A stretch of 62,628 nt of DNA, the filler included. It is 14 parts of 14 records of this genome, joined end to end, with 100 filler letters (N's around TTAATTAATTAA, not from the genome) between each part and the next. Parts side by side here need not be neighbours in the genome. Positions count along the whole stretch, not along the records: positions 1 to 4,443 come from SRR7504441_14076; positions 4,544 to 11,751 come from SRR7504441_14097; 12 more parts are not named here. One strand, 5' to 3'. Shown piece after piece: positions 1 through 11,047 of this stretch. Each line of letters begins with the position of its first letter. Position 1 is the first letter of the stretch. A program made the translations under genes and the position numbers. The notes below the pieces were generated by a model. That model was given only the letters and a program-made list of their open reading frames with translations. It was not told the DNA's origin and did no database searches.

Positions 1-290
1 CTCTGTCCACACCGGCCGGCTCCATGGCCAACGGAAAGTCCCCCACACAAACCAGATATTCTTTCCAAGCCATGTAGGCGCCAGTATAACCCATTTTATC
101 ACGATTACTTGAAATCTTATTGTGCTCGGGTAGTGCTCGGGCTCATTGTACGCGAGCTACGCATTGTCACTTTAATAATATTGAGAATGTGTACATTAGG
201 TACTGGTCTATTACACATGATGGTCTATTAGTTATGAGCCGTCACTCCCCATGCTCAATTAATAAGCGCTCTTGAAACACATCTAGACAA

Positions 291-3215
291 TCATTCCGCC
301 ACAAAGCTGTGCTCAGCATATCCCATGCCTTCTTCCGGCAGCCCAAACGACACCTTGTACTCGCCCCGATGCGCTCGCCGCTCGCCATTGGCCGCCACCT
401 GGGTGAGGGCCGAGTACTCTGGGTAGAGCCATACAGTGACGGTCTGGCCTGCCTTGACGTGCACGCGCTCGAATCCGAACAGACTCTTGAGAGGGACCCC
501 GTGCTCTCCGGCGGCAGGTGGTGTGAGGAATCCCAGCACCACGTCGTCCGCATCCAGATGGCCTGGGCACGAGTCAGGGCGACTCCGCTGCAGGCTTGCT
601 GAGCACCTGTGTTGGTGACATCCACGCTGAAGGCTGCTGCGGCCCCGGAAGCCACGAGCTCTGCGGTGGGTATGAAGCCGTGCCTGGCCTTGCCGAGCAG
701 CCCGGGGAGCTTGTCGAGCGACACCGAGGTCGGGGCGGAGTTGACAGCGTATTCAAAGCTGGTGTAACTCAGCCTGCGCCACACCATTCAACCTCACAGG
801 AATAAACGGCGCACCCGTAGCCAAACGGCAGCACGGGCATGCCTGTATAGAATTTGTAGGTCCGGCCTGGGTTTGTGCCCAGCGTGCACGGAGCTTTGGT
901 GCAATCGGGGCGGGGGAAGGCAGACGGGCCCGGCCTCATGTTGAAATCAAAGATCGAGACCTCGTCAGCGTACGAAGCAGGGTACACAGTCTGGATCAGC
1001 CTTCCGGCTGGTACTTTAACCCCAAAGATGACGTCACCGATACCGAGCGTCTGAACCGAAGGCTGTGCAAGCACACGCTCAGCGTGCCCAAGCACTGCAC
1101 GCACCTGCCCCGCGTGCAGCACGGCACCCACTTTGGGGTCATCGAGCAGCGCTTGAATATCCAGCGGCACGGCCGTCATGATGACCACGATCACAGGGCT
1201 GGCGGCCGCGGCTTTGACTTGACGGAGCAGCTCGACTTGCCCGGCAGGCAGGCTGATGTTGTGCGCATCCATCTCCTCGTGTGCAGAAGAGAGGTCAGTA
1301 CCCAGCACCAGCATCACCACATCCGCAGCCTTGGCAGCCGCCACCGCCGCCGCGATATCAGATTGGTTGGCTGGCGCGAGGGTCGACTGGCAGCCTGCGG
1401 CATAGGATGGGCTGGGCCAATATTGCTCGACGGCATCGACCATTGAATAGTACTCGCCGTCACATGAGTTGCTTGGCCCGTAGTATGAGAAGATCGAGCT
1501 GTCCTGCTTGGCGTTCGGCCCGATCACCGCTATCTTCTGCTTCTTGGCAGCATCCAGAGGGAGTCTGTTCCCCGCATTCTTCACAAGAGCAACGCTCTGG
1601 GCAACAGCATCCCGCGCTGTGGCCTGCACCCAGCCCGGTCAGTCGACCAGCGGGCACTGCTGCGCACTTTGGCAAGGTCGGAGCAGATAACAGACGGCTG
1701 GATGCTTTGGAGCGGGCCTGCAGGGTCGAAGTGAGAAAGCCTCATCCTGACTCGAAACAGCATCTTCAGCCGAGCGTCCAGGTCAGCTTCAGCCACCACC
1801 CCCTTGCTGAGAGCGCTCTGGATGTGCTGGCCAAAGAAGCCGCCACAGTCTGTCGCTATGGTCAGCCGATCGGCAGGAGGTCGCCCACCGTTGTCTGTGC
1901 CCGCGTCCAGGATTGCCTTGACTGACTCCTCGGGCGACTTGGTATAATGGTGGTTGACGAAAACGTCCGACTCGGCTCCGCAGTCGCTCGTGATGTACCC
2001 ATCAAACCCCTGGCCGCACCCTCACCGGCGGAGCGGGCTGCAACCCACCCAGCTGTCCCTCGCAACCTCTTGGAGCAGCCAGCTGTTGGCACAAGACGGC
2101 ACACCGTTAATTGCTGCCACGCGTGAGCGGCGCACGCCAGAGGCCGGCCACCGTTGTACGAGCACATCAGACCGGAGACCTGGCCCTTCTCGACGCAGGC
2201 CTGGAACGGGGCCAGGTACGAGTCGACTAGGTCCTGCTGGGTGATGTTGGCGTCAAAATTGTGCCTAGTGAACGTCTCGAGCCCCTCGGTGGTGTGCTCC
2301 ATCGAGTTGGCCGCATAGTGCTTGCAGCACGCGCTGGCCATGATGTGCGTCGGGTCGTCAGGGTTTCGTTCAAACCCGTGCACAAATGCCACCGCGTACT
2401 CCCCGCTAAGATATGGACTGCCCACAACAGTCAGCGCGGCTCGGCAGTCGGCTGACTCACTCCTCGCCAGGGCACTCGATGTTCCGACCCCAACGGGGCT
2501 CGCGGGCCAGGTTGATAACCGGTGCCCAGAAAGTGGAGTAGGCATTGCCTTGGTTCATGAAAGCCCTTGCCTCGGTCCCGATCTGCCTTCCAGTGACATA
2601 CCACAGGCTCCGGTTGAAGCTCATCCCTGTGGTAATCGGGAAGGGGAAGTTGGTCTGGTGCGGCTCGGCCGGCGTGTTCCGCGCCCCGTGCTCTCCGCTG
2701 GCCACGCCGTGGGTGGCCTCGGACCACCATTGGTACCCGAGCAGGTCGAGCGACGGTATGGCGCCGGCCCCGTTGGTCATCGAGCCGATTTTCTCGGCCA
2801 GGCTCATTCGGGAGATCATGTCGTCCACCCGGTCGCTCAGTGGGAGGGTGTGGTCGCACCACTTCATCTTGGCGGCCGGGGACGAGCTGTTCAGGCAAGG
2901 GTTGGCCATGTCCGGGGTCGGGGGCGGGGCGGGGGGCCGGCCGCGGAGGTAGCAAGACCAGGTGGCGTCGTCGTTCATCCAGCTGGACGACTTGAAGTAC
3001 ACGTGCACAGCCCCGGCCGGGCTCTTGTCCATGGAGTGGTACGTGAAGCCGCGGCAGTTGGCCATCCCAGAGCAGACGGCCTCGGCCTCGGCCAGCGTGT
3101 GGTTGCCCTGGCCCAGATCGTTGCCTGCCGACAGCGCGCTCGGGAAGTAGCCGAAGCTCTCGCCGGCCGCTGCGGGGAGCGCCGCCAGCAGGAGGAGAAC
3201 AGAGCACCGGCGCAT
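291..3215 (-). CDS. Secreted GH3 beta-xylosidase/alpha-L-arabinofuranosidase-like glycosidase with a small Cys-containing (PAN/apple-like) N-terminal module; multi-exon
   Basis: Signal peptide MRRCSVLLLLAALPAAAG; GH3 motifs YQWWSEATHG, REPRWGRNIECPGE-DPYL, ACCKHYAA, LMCSYN-AINGVPSCA, W-GFDGYI, GRTYKFY, and an Fn3-like C-terminus. Frame changes resolve with short GT-AG introns, e.g. 2418-2460 (43 nt) and 2114-2151 (38 nt). Confidence 0.92.
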
Positions 3216-3222
3216 TACGTGT

Positions 3223-3239
3223 CCGTTAGATTTTAACGG
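3223..3239. promoter_or_regulatory. Inverted pair of MYB-type elements CCGTTA-N5-TAACGG in the 88-bp divergent spacer GH3 / nucleolin-like
   Basis: Sequence ccgttagattttaacgg lies between ATGs at 3215(-) and 3304(+); the same hexamer recurs in nearly all divergent spacers. Confidence 0.65.
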
Positions 3240-3303
3240 AAGCTCGCCCTGAAGTCTCATCTACTCTTCGCGCGCCAGACGCTCGCGGCACGCAAGGACA
3301 AAC

Positions 3304-4122
3304 ATGGGCAAGAAGACGAAGAGGGAGCCGGAATCGGAGGAGTCTGAGGAGGAGGAGTCGGAGGAGGAAGAGGAGGAGGCGCCCGCCAAGGAGGAGAAGG
3401 AGGAGGAGGCCTCGGACGACGACGACGAAGAGGGCTCGGACGACGATGAGGAGGAGGAGGAGGAGGAGGCGAAGCCCTCCCCTGCCAAGAAAGCCAAGAC
3501 CGCGGACGGGGACAAGACCGGGTGCAAGCTGTTCGTGGGCAGCCTCTCGTGGGACACGGATGAGGACGGTCTCAAGGCGTTCTTCGCAGACTGCGGCGAG
3601 ATCGAAGAAGTCTTCCTGCCCACCGACCGCGAGACCGGATACAAGCGCGGATTCGGGTTCGTCACGTTCACCGACTCGGCCGGGGCGGCCAAGGGCGTGG
3701 AGAAGAACGAGCAGGAGCTGGACGGGCGGACTCTCAACATCAACATCGCCCAGGACAAGCCGAAGCGGGAGGATGCCGGGGCTGGCCAGCCGCAGCTCAA
3801 GTGCTACGTGGGCAACCTGAGCTGGGACACGGCCGAGGAGGGGATCAGCGGGTTCTTCAAGGACTGCGGGGAGACCACCGACATCTTCTTCCCCACTGAC
3901 CGGGAGACGGGGAACTATCGTGGGTTCTGCTTTGTGACGTTTGCCGAGCTGGATGGGTCTGCGGCCGCGGTCGCACTCAACGGCGAGGAGCTGGACGGCA
4001 GGGCGCTCAAGATCAACTACTCGCAGCCCAGGGTTGAAGGCAAGGGCAAGGGGAAAGGCAAGGGGAAAGGCGGTAAAGGCAAGGGGAAAGGCAAGGGCAA
4101 GGGCAAGGGCGGCTGGTGGTAG
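3304..4122 (+). CDS. Nucleolin/NSR1/gar2-like RNA-binding protein (acidic N-terminus, 2 RRMs, GK-repeat tail)
   Basis: E/D-rich N-terminus; RNP2 LFVGSL and CYVGNL; RNP1 RGFGFVTF and RGFCFVTF; C-terminal (GK)n GGWW where an RGG/GAR box is normally found. Confidence 0.85.
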   Translation: MGKKTKREPESEESEEEESEEEEEEAPAKEEKEEEASDDDDEEGSDDDEEEEEEEAKPSPAKKAKTADGDKTGCKLFVGSLSWDTDEDGLKAFFADCGEIEEVFLPTDRETGYKRGFGFVTFTDSAGAAKGVEKNEQELDGRTLNINIAQDKPKREDAGAGQPQLKCYVGNLSWDTAEEGISGFFKDCGETTDIFFPTDRETGNYRGFCFVTFAELDGSAAAVALNGEELDGRALKINYSQPRVEGKGKGKGKGKGGKGKGKGKGKGKGGWW

Positions 4123-4443
4123 TCGACTAGTTGCCGGCTGATCGCTGGCTCTGGTCGCACTGCGCCTGCTCTTTGGCATGAAATCGTAATAAAAGCACTG
4201 TTTACAACCGTTTGATGCACTCGTATATCGATTTCTCTTGTGATCTTGGACTCTGGTATGAGTAGGACACTCTGGCAACGGGCCGGTCGGCTTACCGGCG
4301 TTACCGGCTACCGCTAGAGCCAAGGATCCCATAGGAACTCACAGCGAGCGCTTAGGAGGAAGAAGATGGCCTTCTTTTCCAACCCCATGCGTGTTGATCA
4401 ATCTAGAATGAGTTTTTTTTTTTTTTTTTGAGTCAAGGGGACA

Positions 4444-4543
4444 NNNNNNNNNNNNNNNNNNNNNNNNNNNNNNNNNNNNNNNNNNNNTTAATTAATTAAN
4501 NNNNNNNNNNNNNNNNNNNNNNNNNNNNNNNNNNNNNNNNNNN
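4444..4543. other. Artificial contig linker (44N + TTAATTAATTAA + 44N); identical linkers at 11752, 16176, 19749, 23910, 27060, 33523, 38226, 42874, 46147, 49886, 53486 and 58770
   Basis: Identical 100-bp N-flanked cassette with stops in all six frames, 13 copies. Confidence 0.99.
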
Positions 4544-6493
4544 ATCGCACGATCCTAGTTCAAGTGTAACTTTGATAGTCATCATGCTCACAATTATGCA
4601 ACCCTTACAGATGGGCACGCAGTGGGATGGGCGCTTACTGCTGGTTGAGCTGCAACAGGCTCGGCTTCAAGCCCTTGAGTGAGGTATCTGGCACTGTTGG
4701 TCAGACTTGGCAGGCGAACAAAGCCCACCTGGTGGTGATGGCAAGCATCGACTCGCGCACCGACATCCACTTGGAATACCTGCAGCTGCAACGTCAACCA
4801 TGAGCGACTCGGCTGCACGCCTCGAGACAAGCTTAGCCACAGCAATCGAGAGCAGCGGGTGGGTGGCTTGCGTGGAGAGCACAAAGCTAAATATAGCCTC
4901 CAACTGGCTGTCAATCTGCGGAGTCGCGTCCTGGGCGCAAGGTGCCAGGCAGCTGATCCCAAACAGCGCAGCCTCGAGCATCTGCCACTGAGCGCCCGAG
5001 TTGACCGCCTGAAGTAGATGCCCGAACCCTTCGGCTCCGAGCAGGTACCCACACACCACCACGGTGTCCGCAATCACATAATCCCGGAACCGCACAAACT
5101 CGTCCTGCAGCTCCGGTCAGGCGGCACCGCCCGGGAGTAGTCACCTCGTCTAGAACGCTCTCCTCCCAGCAGCTGAAATCCGACGGGAAAGCGGCGCGCT
5201 CAATAAGCACCATTAGCAGCCTGCTGAACACCGGAGCGCGCAGGGCTGGCTCGCTGCAGCCCAGCGTGAGCTCAGCCGAGCCGTTGCGCACCGTTCTTCG
5301 ACAGGGATTTCGCTCAATTCGTGCCAGAACTCGACAGCAGTAGACGCCACCTGCCCCGATCAGCTCCGGCCCGGCGGCACGCACCGCGTCGGCCGGGTGA
5401 GCCGTAGCCTGGAGCATCATCTCGAGCAACACCGGCACCTCCGGCAGCCGACCGGCCGCTATCAGCTCGAGCTGGGCCGCGCTGAGCTTGATTAGCATCC
5501 TTGAGAACGCCAGGCATATCGGGATCCCCTGCTCGCCCGCAGCTGTCGCCTCTTCAAACAAGCCGCGCAGCTGGGGGAGCTGGCCCATGAACCCCTGGAG
5601 CGGCCCGGCCTCGGCCTCGGTCGGTGGGTTGTAACTCTGGGCGAACAGCTTGCCCAGCAGTTTGGCGGCCTGAATCGCAGTGGGGGCCGACCCAAGGCAG
5701 CTGAGCACAGCAGCCAGCAGCCCAGAGCTGGCCAGCTCTGGCAGCCGGAGACCGAGCTTGGTCCACCTGCCGGCACGATCGGCCCAGCCCCCCTTAGCGA
5801 GTCGCCTGTTGAGACAGCGCAAGGCCTGTGACCGAAGCTCGGGCCCCACCAGCTGAGGTCGGCTCTCCCACCCAAAGGCTCGCACTGCAGTCTGCTGCCC
5901 GTCCGTTGCAGCGAGTACCGACCCGCAGCCCGAGACCACCCCGGCGCGCAGCTGCACCCGCCACTCAGCCCTGGCCGGCCGCGGGGCGCTGCCTGCATCA
6001 CGTCTGCCGTGTTGACGCCGCGAGACATGGCCCGCTCAGCCTCCTCGGCCACCGCTGCCAGCAGGAGCAGCGCAGTGGGTGGGCGGAGCTCGGCGCAGTG
6101 CGGGGACGAGCAGGTGGCCGCCACCGGGTGGGTCGAGTTCTTGGGCCCGGGGTACACCGCCACGGAGGCCACCGCCGAGCAAAGCTTGGCCGCCACCATC
6201 TCTTCAGGCACCTGCGCGAGCACCCGGAGTGCCCCGAGACAGAACTCGGCCCGCCCCTCCGGCTGGACAGTCCGGGCCGCCGCCTGGATCAGCGTGGCCC
6301 CCAGGAACCGAACCTCGGCCGAACCGGCCGCCTGGATCAGCTGCTGGCCCAGCAGGCCCGCGAATGCGGCCGACTTGAGCTCAGTGAGCCAGCAGTCCGC
6401 CGCCCGACGGCGGGCCGGGTCGGTGTCGTGGTAGAGCGTCGTGACTGCCGCCTGCACTTCCTCCAACGTGGGCGGCCGCTGCGGTGACGCCAT
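4544..6493 (-). CDS. Importin-beta family karyopherin (transportin-3/MOS14/importin-13-like); multi-exon, 3' end probably truncated
   Basis: IBN_N-like start VQAAVTTLYHDTDPARRRAADCWLTEL; later DEFVRFRDYVIADTVVVCGYLLG and WQMLEAALFGI typical of TNPO3/IPO13; short introns link the ORFs. Confidence 0.8.
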
Positions 6494-6590
6494 GACTCGA
6501 GGAACCAAGGCGATGTCCGGCCAGCCGAGCCGGATTTCAACGGACGCTGCGCGTTTTCAAGAGGGTGCATCGGCGTGCATCGCCACAAAG

Positions 6591-8505
6591 ATGGGGAATG
6601 CCGGAAGCAGCCTGTCGGAGATGGAGGGCGCCGTCTGCGACAGCACCCACTCAGCCCGCGGGCGGGACAAGCACTCGCAGCGGTGCAAGCACAAGGCGGA
6701 GTTCGCAGCCGCCATCCAAACATTCCGGAACACCAGCCGGGACGAGGACCGTGCCGAGCCCGTCAGCGGCGCCTCCATCCGCGTGGCCGTCCGGAAGCGC
6801 CCACTCAGCCCGGCGGAGGCCGAGTCCGGCCAGTACGACAGCGTGAGCTGCGCTGAGTCCGGCGTTTGGGTTCACGCTGGCCTGATGCGGGCCGACCTGG
6901 CCACGATGTTCATGGAGCACTCCGAATTCCTTTACGACCAGGTTTTCTCCGAGGCCGCGGACAACCAGATTGTGTACGCCGGCTGCGCTGCCCCGCTGGT
7001 GGAGAAGGTCATTGCGGGCAGCTCGGCCGCAATCGTCATGTTTGGCCAGACAGGATCAGGCAAGACGTATACGATGAGCTCGATAGTGCGCGCGGCGGCG
7101 GAGCAAATGCTCGCAGACCAGCGGCGCGACTCGCGGCCGGTCGAGCTCGGTTATTACGAGATAGACGGGAGCCGTATCCGGGACCTGCAGCAGCCATCAG
7201 CGGAGCTCTCCTTGGCGGATGACGCAGCGAGCCAGACGCACGGTACGGCCCAGCCAGGCGCAGGCTGAACGGCCGGCAGTGATCGGACTGACCCGGACCT
7301 GCTTTGAGAGCCGGGAGGAGCTGGTAGCCCAGTTGGAGGCGGCGGCGGCCGGCCGGGCGTGTGCGGCAACGGGGGCCAACGACCAGTCGAGCAGGAGCCA
7401 CTCGATCTGCCAGCTGAGGCTCGGGGAGGGGCAACTAACGCTCGTAGACCTCGCAGGCAGCGAGTGGGCGGCTGACCGGGCCGAGCACAGCGCCGAGCGG
7501 CAGGCGGAGGGCGCCAAGATTAACTCGAGTCTGATGTCTCTAAAACAATGCATCCGGGCGGCTCAGCAGCCCGGGGCGCACGTGCCTTTCAGGAATTCTG
7601 TGCTCACACACGCGCTCCGGTCGGCGCTCACAGAGGACAAGTGCAACACGCTGCTGCTGGCCACAGTGGCCCCGGGCAGTTCGAGCACCGAGCACACGCT
7701 GAGCACTCTAGAGCACACCAACCGGCTGGCAATTAGCAGCGCATCCACCGGCGGCAGCGCTAGCAGGGTTGTAAGTCTGCCGGTGGAGTCCGAGGCCGAG
7801 GCGCGCCGCGTGTCGACCGCCGACCCGGCCACCTGGTCGGCAGCAGTGAGTGGTCCTGCCTGCGCCGCTGAGCCTGTGGTGCAGGATGTGACCAGCTGGT
7901 GGACTGGCGCCTCTTCGGATGGGCTCACCAGAGCCATTGCCGCCCAGAACGCGACTGTAGCGGTGCTGCGTGTGCCCCAGCCAGTGGAGGGTGGGATCGG
8001 ACTAGTCTTCCGCAAGCAGCCGCTCGAGTCTGCGCCTATTGTGAGCGCCGTCAAAGAGGAGTCAGCCGCCGCGCTCGCTCTGCTAGAGTTGTGGGCGTCC
8101 GACCCTGCAGCAGCGCTCGTACTTGTCCCCGGGCTCGCCACGCTCTCCAAGGTGGCCGGGCAGCCGTGCACTGGCCTTACGCGTGCGGACGGCCTGGCCC
8201 TGCTCAAAGCCGCCTCCGGTAGCGGGCAGTGGCCGTTGGAGCTCGAGTTTGAGCTGGCACAGGCTCCGGATGGAGAGTCGGTTCCAGAGTTCCCGCCGGC
8301 ACTCCCGCGGTGCTTCTCTGGTGAGAGTCGGCTCGGCACGGCTGACGGCAGGACGTTTGTGAATGCGTTTACGCTGAAGAGGTTCATCAAGGAATGTGGC
8401 GGGCACGTTGGGCTGGGTGCTCAGATGTACGCGGCGTTTCTGGGGGCGTGGCACGTGGCGGAGGCGCATGAGCACTCGTTGCATACCTGGCGCACGACAC
8501 AGTGA
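6591..8505 (+). CDS. Kinesin motor protein (divergent kinesin-13-like) with N-terminal myristoylation-like MGNAGSS and a C-terminal PDZ-like region
   Basis: IRVAVRKRPL, P-loop FGQTGSGKT, SSRSH, LVDLAGSE, GAKINSSLMSLKQCIRA, HVPFRNSVLT; intron 7243-7279 (37 nt) joins the two ORFs in frame. Confidence 0.9.
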
Positions 8506-8692
8506 ATCGTCGTGCGCATGCATGCACTGCTCATTTCAGAGAAACGAAACAGCTCGGTGCTTAGTATCAATACACTGTAATTACAAAGCCCTATAAAATC
8601 ATTATTGGTATGATGACACAAAGTTAACACAATTGCAAATTAAAGTAACTGCCATACAAACATGTACATAATCTTAAGTACTCACAAGTAAC

Positions 8693-10939
8693 TCACAAGT
8701 TCGAGAGGTCCTCGGACTCAAGGACGTCATGGTCGCCAGGACGAATATCGCGGTCTTCTCGGCCCTTTCCCACACCAAGCAACTCATTGCAGCACCGGCA
8801 CGCAAACACAGCCGTAGCCAAGGCACCAGCTAGCGCCGAGGATAGCACCATGATGAACAATCCCCCGTATGAAACCCCAGCTACAGTGCTAGTGCTGCTG
8901 CTGCTGCTGCTGCTGCTGCAGTCACGCGTGCCGGTTTCACTCGACACATTTGTGGCTGGATTTGAGTAGTGCGCGGTCGTGCTGGCATCCAAACGAGCCA
9001 TGCTCGGCCCCACCGCCGGTCCCCGCCCGTTCAACACTGACAGGATGCCTCCATACCCGTTCAGATGCCGCGTGAACGCATTGACAAATTTCACTCCCAC
9101 CACATCGGGAGCTCGGATCGCCGTTGGAAGGAGGCATTGGAAGTCCCGGAAATACGAATAAACCCCTACTCCGTACGCCTTGTGCTGGGTCACCCGGTCG
9201 GCCACCCTATAGCCTGCAAAACCGGGCTCGCAAAAGGCTTGCTGGGTGACATCGTACGGCAGCTCGCTCTGGTAAAAGTAGAGCTCGCCTGCCTCGCCGC
9301 TCCACACAACCAGGTCCTTGGTGGTGTGTTCCACCTGGAGGCCGTAGATAGTGACCGCGTCGCCCGTCACTTCTAACCCAGTGTGGCAGCGGTACTCGCC
9401 CAGCTTGACCAGATGATACTCGCTCAGCTGACCAGGTGGCAGGACCTCGCCTGGCCGCACTGCGCTGTGGTCGGCTCTCCATAGCCACAGATTGTCGCCG
9501 ATCAGATTGCCGCTGTGCAGCCGCATGATGACGTCTGCCTGCACGTCTGCAGTATCCGGGCCGCCGACTCTGGCAAACACGTCGCTGATCACACCAGGGC
9601 TGCTCGGATCCCCTAAATCTCTGTACGAAGGCTTTCCCCATTCGAACAGCGAAGACACGCGCACTGCTGGGCGCACGATCTGCGAGGCTTGGAGCATCAG
9701 TCCAGCTACGCGCACGCCAGCCAGACCCGGGAGCACAGCCACGCAGGGTGAGCCATCTGTGGGCGCGACCAGACTGGCCAGCCCGAGCCCCAGCATGACT
9801 TGATTGGAGCGCTTGAGTGTGAGCGTCTGGTCGAGACGATACACCCCAGGGGACAGCACGAGGTCGAGCCCGGCGTCCAGCTTGGCCTGAATGGTACTGG
9901 ATTGGTCACTGGAAGTGGCCACGAAAACACGATCAAAGCCCACAGTCCGCAGTCTGGCCGGTCCAAGATCCGGCCCAGCGCCTGATTGCTCGAACTGCGG
10001 CACTTGGAGCGAGTATAAGCCATTCTGGTCGACGGTAATGAAAGGCTTCTCGGCGTATCTCGGGGATTTAGGCACGTTGGTGTAGACCGCTTGCTGGTGC
10101 AGCTCCGAGTGGCCGACACTGGACTCGGGCGCGCCCGTGGTGCCCACAAACACGAAATTCCAGGCCCCGCCCAGCTTGGCCGGGTCGCCGGCCAGGTGGC
10201 TGTTCCTGGTCATCCACTGTTGCTGGCTGCCCATAAACGTGTCGCCATCCACCTCCACATTGGCCATAAATCCACCAGACGCCATGCACGCTGCGGCCCT
10301 CGCGCAGTCGTGCAGGTGCAGGTCCCCAGCCACGTGCACCCTCCGGAGCGGCGCCGCCTGGCTCACTGCCCACACCATCCCCTCGCTCGCCTCACTCCGG
10401 AAATTCTCGGCCGACCGCCAGAAAGTGTCCAGAGAGCCCGCGCCCACCCCAGGCCGCGGGTCCATCGCTTCGGCGTACACTCCCCGGGCGCTGCGGAACA
10501 CCACATCGTCGGCGCTCGTCCCGAGCCCGGCCAGCTGGGTATAGTACCCTAGCTTTATCTGGGCGGTGTAGACGCCTGGCTTGAACAGCAGCGCCACCCG
10601 CTGGTCGCTGAAGTGCCCGCTCTGCCGTTGGACCAGATCAGCCGTCCGGTTGTGCACCTGGTGTTGGATCAGCGAGTCGGTGCAGCTGGACTCCCGCCAG
10701 TCGACCATATCGGCGCACTGGCTCGCCCAGCCCTCGGCCAGCCCGTGCGCGCAGCTGTACGTCGTACCGTCCTGCCCTACGAAGTCGCCTAGGCAGTCGC
10801 CCAGGCCCTCATCCTCGGGTCCAAATACCAGCACGCTCGCTGGCCAGGCCGGCGGGTTGGGCTCCTGCGCGCTGGCCACCCACAGAGCCAACAGCGCTCC
10901 GAAACTCATCACCTTCTGGGTGAGCGTCGGCTTTCCCAT
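8693..10939 (-). CDS. Bacterial-type GH55 exo-beta-1,3-glucanase (laminarinase) with signal peptide and C-terminal TM anchor
   Basis: Motifs ALLFKPGVY, LGYYTQLAGLG, FWRSAEN, WAVSQAAPLRRVHV, ASGGFMAN, GSQQQW, DNLWLWRADH, FYQSELPYD match actinobacterial GH55; Ser-rich linker then hydrophobic YGGLFIMVLSSALAGALATAVFAC; a single 748-aa ORF. Confidence 0.88.
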   Translation of the reverse strand: MGKPTLTQKVMSFGALLALWVASAQEPNPPAWPASVLVFGPEDEGLGDCLGDFVGQDGTTYSCAHGLAEGWASQCADMVDWRESSCTDSLIQHQVHNRTADLVQRQSGHFSDQRVALLFKPGVYTAQIKLGYYTQLAGLGTSADDVVFRSARGVYAEAMDPRPGVGAGSLDTFWRSAENFRSEASEGMVWAVSQAAPLRRVHVAGDLHLHDCARAAACMASGGFMANVEVDGDTFMGSQQQWMTRNSHLAGDPAKLGGAWNFVFVGTTGAPESSVGHSELHQQAVYTNVPKSPRYAEKPFITVDQNGLYSLQVPQFEQSGAGPDLGPARLRTVGFDRVFVATSSDQSSTIQAKLDAGLDLVLSPGVYRLDQTLTLKRSNQVMLGLGLASLVAPTDGSPCVAVLPGLAGVRVAGLMLQASQIVRPAVRVSSLFEWGKPSYRDLGDPSSPGVISDVFARVGGPDTADVQADVIMRLHSGNLIGDNLWLWRADHSAVRPGEVLPPGQLSEYHLVKLGEYRCHTGLEVTGDAVTIYGLQVEHTTKDLVVWSGEAGELYFYQSELPYDVTQQAFCEPGFAGYRVADRVTQHKAYGVGVYSYFRDFQCLLPTAIRAPDVVGVKFVNAFTRHLNGYGGILSVLNGRGPAVGPSMARLDASTTAHYSNPATNVSSETGTRDCSSSSSSSSTSTVAGVSYGGLFIMVLSSALAGALATAVFACRCCNELLGVGKGREDRDIRPGDHDVLESEDLSNL

Positions 10940-11047
10940 TGATTGCCGCCAATGACGAACGGAAGCCGTTAAAAAACTGGCCTGGCCACCGTAGCACTTG
11001 CCGCCTGTGTGCGCGGGCAGGCTAGATCTACGGCTGTAGCGAGCGGG

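Noticed and set aside
3226-4332. Long antisense/overlapping ORFs (e.g. 3226-4332, 21657-22880, 27496-28896, 60402-61541)
   Set aside because: Shadow ORFs expected in GC-rich coding DNA; the recognisable protein is on another frame or strand.
8890-8920. (CTG)n tract
   Set aside because: Encodes the poly-Ser linker of the GH55 gene on the minus strand.
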